Shown here one piece after another: positions 18,744 to 25,549 of a stretch of 62,901 nucleotides of DNA (position 1 is its first letter; every line of letters begins with the position of its first letter). The position numbers and the translations under genes were made by a program. Source of the stretch: Candidatus Azambacteria bacterium (GTDB taxonomy: Bacteria > Patescibacteriota > Minisyncoccia > GWC2-36-17 > WO2-46-25); NCBI GenBank assembly GCA_016234725.1, contig JACRAK010000005.1:1-62901 (forward strand), in the 5' to 3' direction. A model generated the notes under the pieces. That model had not been told where the DNA came from. It searched no databases and worked only from the letters and a program-made list of their open reading frames with translations.

Positions 18744-20327
18744 TCACGGCATTATCAGAACGTCCCCCTCTGAAACGCCCTCGGCGATCTCCCTTTCGCC
18801 ATACCACTCCATGCCGGCAAGGACCGCTGTTTTCCTTCCCCTCCCGTCTTCCTGTATATACACATATGGCATGCCGTTCTCTTCCGCTATGAACCGCTCC
18901 GGAGCAAGCAATACGCCCTTTTTAAGCAGCGCATAAATGCGCACCATAACACGGGTGCCGGTGACGGGCGCGGACTCTTCGCTTTCAAAGTGCACCGTGA
19001 TATCGTTGTCCTGAACGTTTACCACGCTGCCGGCACCCGTTCCTCCCTGCCACACGATATCGGCGGCATCGCCGACCGCGATCTTTTTTCCGGAGTCCTC
19101 AGGCACGACCGCGTCAACCTGCAGACCGGAAAGCGGTACGAGTATCGCGGCCGGCGCGTCGCGGAACGTCACGCTCCCGCGCCGCGCGTATACGCGGCGC
19201 ACCACGCTGTCAAAAGGCGCGCGCAATACGCTGTCCGCCATCTGCCGCTGTATCGCTTCGAGATCCGCTTCGTATTCCTTGATCTGCGCTTGTTCAAGCG
19301 CTACCGCGGCGTTCACCGTAAATGCCTTTTTTACCGCAAGCTCATGCTCAAGCGTCCGCAGCATACTCTCGGTTTCTGCAACCTTGCTCTCGGCGGCATG
19401 CACCGCTGCGGCGCCGCTGATCGTATGCGCGGCAATATTCTGCTCAAGCGTCAGGATCGCGGTTTGGGTCGCATTCACCACCGACCGCTGCACCGCGACC
19501 GTGGTCCGATACCCGCTTATATCGGGGGCGCCGAATATCATTGTTGCATCGTTGAAGACCTCCGAGGTTTTGTGCAGCGCTGCGCGGATGACCTCGAGAT
19601 TCGTCTTAAAATTGGAAAGCGTGTTATTGATGGCGTCGCGCGCACGTTCTTGCTTCACCGCGCGGCTCAGAAGCTTGATATTTTCGAGCGCGGTCCGCTC
19701 AAGCATTATCTGCCACTCCGCTTCCGATCTTTTTTGAGAATCCGCGATGACAAATATGCCCTTGAACTTGTTCTGCTCATCGTAGATCCCTGAAAGCGCG
19801 TTTGCGGCGTTCTCGGCGTTCAACAACACGGTGTCGCCATAATCGACCGCAAGCGCATATTGCCGCACAAGCTCGCTTTCCACCCGCAAACGAGCATCTT
19901 CAAGTTCCTTGCGCGCATATTCAAGCGCTGTCGTGGTCGCAGCTATTTTTGCTTCGGCAAGCGCGATCTCTTTTTTTCCCGCGCCGGAAAGCAGCTGGGA
20001 AAGCTTGAGTTTTTCGACTTCGATCTTCGCCTCGTATTGCGCGCGCTCAGCTTCTTTTTCCGCAACATCAAGGCGCACAAGCGCATCATCCTTTTTTACC
20101 GTGTCCCCTTCTTTCACATATACGTCCGCAATCTTTCCTCCGCTCACAAACCCGATATTCACCTCGCCCGCCGCAGCCACCACACCGTCTCCGGCAACTT
20201 CTTCCCGGATATCCTGCCGCACAAGCGTTATCGTTTCTTTTTCTGTATAAAAAACGGCGAAGTAAAGGATCGACGCGATAAGCGCGGCGGAAAGAAGTAA
20301 AAGAAAGATCGCGTAATAGCGTTTCAT
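18744..20327 (-). CDS. HlyD-family periplasmic adaptor (membrane fusion) protein
   Basis: N-terminal TM anchor, lipoyl-like motif GGKIADVYVKEGDTVKKDDALVRLD, long coiled coil, C-terminal beta-barrel region. Confidence 0.75.
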   Translation of the reverse strand: MKRYYAIFLLLLSAALIASILYFAVFYTEKETITLVRQDIREEVAGDGVVAAAGEVNIGFVSGGKIADVYVKEGDTVKKDDALVRLDVAEKEAERAQYEAKIEVEKLKLSQLLSGAGKKEIALAEAKIAATTTALEYARKELEDARLRVESELVRQYALAVDYGDTVLLNAENAANALSGIYDEQNKFKGIFVIADSQKRSEAEWQIMLERTALENIKLLSRAVKQERARDAINNTLSNFKTNLEVIRAALHKTSEVFNDATMIFGAPDISGYRTTVAVQRSVVNATQTAILTLEQNIAAHTISGAAAVHAAESKVAETESMLRTLEHELAVKKAFTVNAAVALEQAQIKEYEADLEAIQRQMADSVLRAPFDSVVRRVYARRGSVTFRDAPAAILVPLSGLQVDAVVPEDSGKKIAVGDAADIVWQGGTGAGSVVNVQDNDITVHFESEESAPVTGTRVMVRIYALLKKGVLLAPERFIAEENGMPYVYIQEDGRGRKTAVLAGMEWYGEREIAEGVSEGDVLIMP

Positions 20328-20344
20328 ACAGAACTCATTGCACC

Positions 20345-20375
20345 AAAAATGCCTTTTTTACAAAAGGCATTTTTG
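20345..20375 (-). terminator. Rho-independent terminator
   Basis: AAAAATGCCTTTT-ttac-AAAAGGCATTTTT downstream of the 68 aa gene. Confidence 0.6.
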
Positions 20376-20393
20376 CTCTTCGCGCGTCCTATT

Positions 20394-20600
20394 TTAGAGA
20401 CTGGAGATACCGGCATCAACCTCCTTAAATCCGGCATCAAGATCGCCAACATCGATCGCTTCGATCTCCGTTTCAACGTTTTCACTGCGACTGCTCGTCA
20501 CAGAAACCGTAGGACCCTCTGAAGGCACCTGCGCCTGATACCACCAGATGATGCCGATAAAAATGAGCGTAATGATGATGACAAGAATAATACGTTGCAT
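20394..20600 (-). CDS. Small membrane-anchored acidic protein
   Basis: 68 aa. N-terminal helix IILVIIITLIFIGIIWWY followed by an acidic tail. Confidence 0.5.
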   Translation of the reverse strand: MQRIILVIIITLIFIGIIWWYQAQVPSEGPTVSVTSSRSENVETEIEAIDVGDLDAGFKEVDAGISSL

Positions 20601-20609
20601 AGTAATGGA

Positions 20610-21323
20610 TTATTGTGTATTTTGCGCCGCGGCCGGGGTTGTGGTGGCCTGCCGGTTTTCCTCCCTTACCGCCTGTGCAAGCGCCACCGCCGCGTTATGG
20701 ACCGCCTCTCGTGCGCTCTTTACCGCATCGCGCACTACGGCAAGATCGCCATGCAGCGCTTTCCGCGCCTTTCCCACTTCGACCCGCAGCGTGTCTTCTG
20801 TACCCACCGCGATACTATATGTCTTCCCCGCCTGCGATACTTCTGCGGTACGGCTTGCGGCGATCGCACTCTTTGCCTCGGCGATCGCACTCTTTGCCGC
20901 CGAAACATCACGCCCGCGCGTTTCCCCCTGCGCTATGCGCTCTTCTATTTTCCCTATAATAACTTCGAGACGATCCAACACGTTAGAGAAGTGGTCCGTC
21001 CACCGCTCATTGAGCGCGTCCATCTGCGCATCGATCCTTTCCACCAGCTTTTTCTTTCGCTCATCGCGGATGCTCGCCAGGCGTTTCCGCAGATCCGCCC
21101 GCTTCGCGTCGATACTGCTTTTTACCGCTGTACGCTGAGCGGCCATCATCTCTTTAAATTCTGCTTGCCGCTGTTCTATCTGCCCGCGCACGTTCTGCGC
21201 CGCCACCCGCACCTCGCTTTTTTGCGCGTCACGCCGCTCCTGCCCGGACGTTTGCGTCTGCGCGAACACCGGCACCGCGACCGCACACAATGCAATGATA
21301 ATGATTGTTTTTCTCATATGCAC
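20610..21323 (-). CDS. Secreted coiled-coil protein, unknown function
   Basis: Signal peptide MRKTIIIIALCAVAVPVFAQ. Ala/Arg/Glu-rich helical repeats. Confidence 0.55.
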   Translation of the reverse strand: MHMRKTIIIIALCAVAVPVFAQTQTSGQERRDAQKSEVRVAAQNVRGQIEQRQAEFKEMMAAQRTAVKSSIDAKRADLRKRLASIRDERKKKLVERIDAQMDALNERWTDHFSNVLDRLEVIIGKIEERIAQGETRGRDVSAAKSAIAEAKSAIAASRTAEVSQAGKTYSIAVGTEDTLRVEVGKARKALHGDLAVVRDAVKSAREAVHNAAVALAQAVREENRQATTTPAAAQNTQ

Positions 21324-21342
21324 ACGTTAATGATAAACTTTG

Positions 21343-21795
21343 CTATTGTTCAACGATCACCATCCCTGCCTGGCCCGCTTCCTTATGCCCCGGCCTATCG
21401 CAATAATACCGAAACGCCCCCTCCTTCTCCGGCGTGAATTCAATTTTCGTCGTGACGCCATCGGGTGTTTTTGCATGTACCTTCAGCTCGTCGATCACGA
21501 ACGTATGGTCGCCGTGCGCGCGCACGCTTACCGTCACCTTCTCGCCGCGCTTGACCCGGAACGCATCGGGATCAAAAAAGAAACTTTGGGAGTCGATCGT
21601 CACGGTTTGATGGTATTTTTTCTCCGTGCTTCCTTGCGCTCCGGCCTGCCCGCTCGTTACCGGCACAAGCTCTTGTGTTGGCGTGCTCAGCGCGCCGCTT
21701 TCTGGATTTATTTTAACGAGTTCCCGATAAAATAAAAACCCGCCGCCCGCCAGCACGGCAACAATAAGCACCGTAAGAAGAATATTACGAGACAT
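21343..21795 (-). CDS. Cupredoxin (plastocyanin/azurin-like blue copper) domain protein with membrane anchor
   Basis: Type-1 copper ligand pattern H...C..H....M: HGDHTF ... YYCDRPGHKEAGQAGM. N-terminal TM helix. Confidence 0.7.
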   Translation of the reverse strand: MSRNILLTVLIVAVLAGGGFLFYRELVKINPESGALSTPTQELVPVTSGQAGAQGSTEKKYHQTVTIDSQSFFFDPDAFRVKRGEKVTVSVRAHGDHTFVIDELKVHAKTPDGVTTKIEFTPEKEGAFRYYCDRPGHKEAGQAGMVIVEQ

Positions 21796-21798
21796 GGA

Positions 21799-22173
21799 TC
21801 ACAAATATCCCGAGATCATCTCGATCGCATCGTCGAGATTCAACCCCGTTTTAATAAAATAATTTTTCACGCCGAGCCGTTCGGCTTTCTGCACGCCGCC
21901 CTCTTCACGAATATTGGACACGATCACCACCGGCACATCATGCCACCCTTCCGTTCTTCTCATTTCTTCGAGCACTTCAAATCCGGACACGTACGGAAGC
22001 AGGAGATCGAGAATCACCACGCCGGGCCGTTCCATGGTGTTTTGCTTCAATAGCTGCATCATCTCTTTGCCGTCGATCACCACCCGTGCCGCAACTCCTT
22101 TCGTCTCGAATTTCATCTGGTACGCTTTTTGGAGCGCCGGGTCATCTTCGATTAAAAGCACATATTTTGCCAT
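21799..22173 (-). CDS. Single-domain response regulator (CheY-like receiver)
   Basis: MAKYVLLIEDDPA..VILDLLLP..VVIVSN. Start trimmed to the ATG at 22173. Confidence 0.8.
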   Translation of the reverse strand: MAKYVLLIEDDPALQKAYQMKFETKGVAARVVIDGKEMMQLLKQNTMERPGVVILDLLLPYVSGFEVLEEMRRTEGWHDVPVVIVSNIREEGGVQKAERLGVKNYFIKTGLNLDDAIEMISGYL

Positions 22174-22246
22174 GCTCTTATTATACCGCTCTCTGTCTCC
22201 TCTGTGAAGAACAGATATGTACAAGAGGGTGCTGGCGTAATAACAC

Positions 22247-22274
22247 AAAAACAGAAGCGAAAGCTTCTGTTTTT
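22247..22274. terminator. Bidirectional Rho-independent terminator
   Basis: AAAAACAGAAGC-gaaa-GCTTCTGTTTTT. Confidence 0.65.
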
Positions 22275-22280
22275 GTTAGA

Positions 22281-22370
22281 GTGCGGGATTCGACCTCTTG
22301 TGGGTGATCGATGGGACCAAAATCTGCAACTACCCGCGATCACCCGCCACTGACACCTTACATCCTTGGG
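22281..22370 (-). repeat. Degenerate tRNA-linked element / orphan tRNA 3'-end fragment downstream of tRNA-His
   Basis: Minus strand ends ...caagaggtcgaatcccgcactct, i.e. the AAGAGG junction plus a T-loop-to-3'-end-like sequence of a tRNA other than His. Internal 9 bp helix GGGTGATCG/CGATCACCC. No cloverleaf can be folded. Confidence 0.3.
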
Positions 22371-22442
22371 GGAGACATAGGGGATTCGAACCCCTGCTAA
22401 CAGGACCACAACCTGTTGTGCTGCCGCTACACTAATGTCTCC
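22371..22442 (-). tRNA. tRNA-His (anticodon GTG) with encoded G-1
   Basis: G-1 opposite C73, acceptor GAGACAT/ATGTCTC, anticodon loop TTGTGGT, T-arm AGGGGTTCGAATCCCCT. Confidence 0.85.
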
Positions 22443-22450
22443 ATACGTTC

Positions 22451-22560
22451 CATGACATGAAACTTATAACTTGAAACTTGAATCTCGGAATTTTGGCTTC
22501 GCGCTCCACGTTTCATGTTTCAAGATTTAAGTTCCATGCTTCAAGACTTATACTTCATGA
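22451..22560. repeat. Heptanucleotide-periodic palindromic module, copy H2 (between two tRNAs)
   Basis: Left arm catgaaa cttataa cttgaaa cttgaat. Right arm ccacgtt tcatgtt tcaagat ttaagtt ccatgct tcaagac. Confidence 0.6.
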
Positions 22561-22561
22561 T

Positions 22562-22636
22562 TGGTCTCCCCACGAGGAATCGAACCTCGATATCCAGCTT
22601 AGAAGGCTAGTGTTCTATCCATTGAACTATAGGGAG
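22562..22636 (-). tRNA. tRNA-Arg (anticodon TCT), CCA encoded
   Basis: Acceptor CTCCCTA/TGGGGAG, anticodon loop CTTCTAA, T-arm CGAGGTTCGATTCCTCG, then A-CCA. Confidence 0.8.
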
Positions 22637-22750
22637 GAGAAAAGATGGGCGGGCGAGTTGGGCTATGGAGATTTCCCCCTACTGTGAACGTAGCAAAAAT
22701 AACACGGGAGCCGATGGTTGTAAAGAAATAGCCGGGGAGCAGGATTCGAA

Positions 22751-23056
22751 CTACTGCGCCTCAAGAAACTTTATGAACGGGTCTGGAAATTGTTTTTCGG
22801 CGATCGTTTTCCGAAACTCCTCCTGTGCGCGCGCTTTTTTAAGAAGGGCATTCAGATCGTTCTCTTTAATGGTCAGCGGCCTGCCTGTTATTTCCGCCTG
22901 CTGAAATACCACGCGATAACCGTATTGCCAGAAGACGAACCCCCATACGCCGATCGCCGCGATCAACCACGCGAACAAAATAACGTGAATGTGGCGCCTC
23001 AAAAACATCGCCGATCGCGACATCGCGCCCATGACCGTTTGAAGTTCTAATTTCAT
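22751..23056 (-). CDS. Small single-pass membrane protein, last gene of the pilM/N/O string
   Basis: 101 aa, TM helix VILFAWLIAAIGVWGFVFW. 5 nt gap to the PilO-like gene. Confidence 0.5.
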   Translation of the reverse strand: MKLELQTVMGAMSRSAMFLRRHIHVILFAWLIAAIGVWGFVFWQYGYRVVFQQAEITGRPLTIKENDLNALLKKARAQEEFRKTIAEKQFPDPFIKFLEAQ

Positions 23057-23061
23057 AATTG

Positions 23062-23640
23062 CTAATTAGTAGGTCTAGTATATACTTTTACGGTGAGCTG
23101 CGCCTTCACATCATTGGGCGAGGACGCAACCACTGCTTTCTTCTGCGTCATCGTGCCGCCTCCTTGCATGACCTGCGCCTTTTCCACCGCAGTAAAGTAG
23201 CGTGAATTTTCAAGAAGATATATGAAACGCAATACGCTGGGGAAACTTCCGGATATAGTAATATTGAAATGGAGCGAGGACGATCCTTGTGCGGTGCCGT
23301 CAACGGGCGCATCATCAGCCGCGCCGATCTCATGAAGCACCCCCGCTTCCAGGGCAAGCTGCTCGACAAGCATGATAAAGCGCAAACGTTCCTCGCGCGG
23401 AAGCAAACGCTCTTTAAGCGGCGAAAAAAGCTCGCGCGCGCCTTCGTATTCTTTCGCGATGGTGGCGATCTGCTCCTGCCGGATGGAAAGCAAGGCAAGC
23501 TCGTTTTGCGCATCGCGCAAAGTCGTACCCGCCTGCGTAATAAGCCCGAATAAAAACAAACTCCCCCATGCGCTTGCCGCTATAAGCACGCCGAGCACCC
23601 CTATCTGCACATACAATTTGTTCTTATACGAAAGAGTCAT
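23062..23640 (-). CDS. pilO: PilO-like type IV pilus assembly protein
   Basis: 192 aa, N-terminal TM helix then coiled coil. Position directly after pilN, with a 4 nt overlap. Confidence 0.55.
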   Translation of the reverse strand: MTLSYKNKLYVQIGVLGVLIAASAWGSLFLFGLITQAGTTLRDAQNELALLSIRQEQIATIAKEYEGARELFSPLKERLLPREERLRFIMLVEQLALEAGVLHEIGAADDAPVDGTAQGSSSLHFNITISGSFPSVLRFIYLLENSRYFTAVEKAQVMQGGGTMTQKKAVVASSPNDVKAQLTVKVYTRPTN

Positions 23641-24200
23641 TGCGATGTCTTTGTTTCATGCGTAAATGTGAACGTAAAAGTAAAATCAATGTTCTCTTCC
23701 TTAAGGATATTTTTGATCGGATTCTTTACACTTCCCTCCGCCACGAAATCGCTTTTCTGAAGCGCCTCGGCAAGCGCAAGCACCGCAGCGCGTGTTTTCG
23801 CGAACCCGGCGATGCTTACCGTTTTTGTGTTCGCATCCATCGAAATGCTTTTGAGATACGCATCCTGCCCCACCAAAGCTGCGATCCGCTCAAGCACGGG
23901 GGCAAGCGGAATGATCTCCGCATCCGCCGTAGCAAGAGCTCCTATGCTTGTATTAAGCTCGCGGACATTTTTTTCAATAGCAGAAAGGCGTTTTACCGTA
24001 TCAGTGGTGGTTTGCGTTTCGATCGACTGCCGAAGCGATTGTTCGTAGGTGAATACGAACGCATAGACCGACCCAAGCAGCACGTTAAAAAGGATCGCGA
24101 TGAGACACATGATGATGCTGATATGCGCCACAAGCCGCCGCTTTTGTTCAAGCGCATACTCATTTTTATATTGGTCGGGTAAGAGATTGAGTGTCAGCAT
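23637..24200 (-). CDS. pilN: PilN-like fimbrial assembly protein
   Basis: MLTLNLLPDQYK... (the INLLP-type N-terminus that binds PilM), single TM helix, 187 aa. Confidence 0.7.
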   Translation of the reverse strand: MLTLNLLPDQYKNEYALEQKRRLVAHISIIMCLIAILFNVLLGSVYAFVFTYEQSLRQSIETQTTTDTVKRLSAIEKNVRELNTSIGALATADAEIIPLAPVLERIAALVGQDAYLKSISMDANTKTVSIAGFAKTRAAVLALAEALQKSDFVAEGSVKNPIKNILKEENIDFTFTFTFTHETKTSQ

Positions 24201-24203
24201 AAG

Positions 24204-24320
24204 TCATGAATCATGAAACGTGAAACATGCGTCCTGAACCTTGAAACTTGAAACTTAAAGCTTTACGTTTTGAGTTATACGTTTTATATTCCATGTTTTA
24301 TGTTTTATGTTTCAAGTTTC
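24204..24320. repeat. Heptanucleotide-periodic palindromic module, copy H3 (pilM-pilN junction)
   Basis: 24226-24287 is 62/62 identical to 28175-28236. It contains a truncated leader-like ORF (complement 24211-24294, MEYKTYNSKRKALSFKFQGSGRMFHVS*). Confidence 0.75.
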
Positions 24321-25417
24321 TGCATGCCAGACAGCGCAAGCCCGAGCACGGTCGTATACCCAAGCGAGCGGCGATACGGCAACTCGGGAACTTCTTTGAG
24401 CGGTTCTTTCAAGATATTCGCCCATGGATTTCCGGTTTCAACGGGAATTTTCAACGCAAGCCCCAGATACACGTTCAGCCCGTTCAAATTCGACGCGCCG
24501 CCGCACAACAATATCTTTGCCACCGCCACCGCGCCTTCTTTGCGATGCTCATGCATGGCATGGCTTTCATAAAAAGAAATGTAGCTCCTGATCTGGTCGG
24601 CCAGGTCGCGCACGATCGGCTCAAGCGCCCCGTACACCTTTCCCTCGCGCTGATTTTTATCCAGTCCAATATCGAAAAATAATTTTCTTGCTTCTTCCTC
24701 GTTTACCGCAAACGAGGAAGAGACCGCGCCGATCATTTTATTCCCCGCCACCGGCACCGACGAAGTAAACTGCAGTGCGTCGCCTGAAAAAATGATAAAA
24801 CTCGTACGCGTCGCCCCGAGGTCCACAAGCAACACGGGCGCATCCGTGTGAAGTTCTTTTATCAGCGCACGGCTCACCGCCACCGACTCCACTTCAAGTG
24901 CCCGCGGAATAAAGCCGCATTTTTTAATAACAGACACATAGCCGTCAACGATCGTGCGCGGCGCGGCGGAAATGAGCACGTCCTGATGTCCCATGGCTTT
25001 CTGCTCTATGGGAACAAGCTGCCAATCGTAATACACATCATTAATGGCCATAGGAATATTCTGTTCGATCTCCCATTTGATCGCTTCTTTCGCTTCATGT
25101 ATGTTCATCTTCGGCAATTGGATCACGCGCGTGAACGAATGCTCTTCCGGCAAACTGCATACCACATGGCGCGTGGTGAGTTTTCCGTACTGCGGCTTTG
25201 CAAATGCGCTTTTTAATATCTTCATCACCTCTTCCTCCTGTTTGATCTCGCCGTTCACGATAAGCCCCTTTGGGAAATCACCCGCGCTAAACGCCGCAAG
25301 GGCAAGGCCGTGCCGCCCCTTTTTCAGCTGCACGAATTTGAATGTTTCGTCGGAGATATCGAGTCCGAACGCATCCGGCTCCCCCGCATGTAAATTTTGC
25401 AATAACGATCCGAGCAT
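24305..25417 (-). CDS. pilM: PilM, actin-like type IV pilus assembly ATPase-fold protein
   Basis: 370 aa. FGLDISDETFKFVQLKK.., VDLGATRTSFIIF, LLCGGASNLNGL. Confidence 0.85.
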   Translation of the reverse strand: MLGSLLQNLHAGEPDAFGLDISDETFKFVQLKKGRHGLALAAFSAGDFPKGLIVNGEIKQEEEVMKILKSAFAKPQYGKLTTRHVVCSLPEEHSFTRVIQLPKMNIHEAKEAIKWEIEQNIPMAINDVYYDWQLVPIEQKAMGHQDVLISAAPRTIVDGYVSVIKKCGFIPRALEVESVAVSRALIKELHTDAPVLLVDLGATRTSFIIFSGDALQFTSSVPVAGNKMIGAVSSSFAVNEEEARKLFFDIGLDKNQREGKVYGALEPIVRDLADQIRSYISFYESHAMHEHRKEGAVAVAKILLCGGASNLNGLNVYLGLALKIPVETGNPWANILKEPLKEVPELPYRRSLGYTTVLGLALSGMQKLET

Positions 25418-25428
25418 AATGGTTTAAC

Positions 25429-25548
25429 AGTCGAAAGTCGTAAAGTCTATAAAGTCCTTAAAGTCATAAGCAGGGGAAAGTTTTACTTCCGACTTTATGA
25501 ACTTATTGGTATTATTACATTTCTATAAGCTATAAGCTAGCGAAGCTA
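25429..25548. repeat. Low-complexity periodic repeat (AAAGTC word, 7-9 nt spacing) with inverted partner
   Basis: agtcgaaagtcgtaaagtctataaagtccttaaagtcataag ... gactttatgaactt, then ataagctataagctagcgaagctag. Same intergenic position as the GAAAC modules, between the adhesin gene and pilM. Confidence 0.5.
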
Positions 25549-25549
25549 G

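Noticed and set aside
22281-22370. Possible tRNA, tRNA-Sec or tmRNA 5' end. The plus strand reads gggattcgacc, resembling the tmRNA start, and the minus strand ends in a T-loop-like GGTCGAATCCCGC.
   Set aside because: No cloverleaf folds, because the T-stem 5' strand is missing next to the loop. Only about 90 nt are available before tRNA-His on the opposite strand, far too short for tmRNA. It is kept only as a degenerate tRNA-linked element.
22725-22750. tRNA-like T-arm (ggagcaggattcgaac on the plus strand).
   Set aside because: Only a T-loop plus acceptor-3'-like tail is present. The would-be T-stem does not pair, and there are no D or anticodon arms. It abuts a CDS stop codon and is treated as a fragment.
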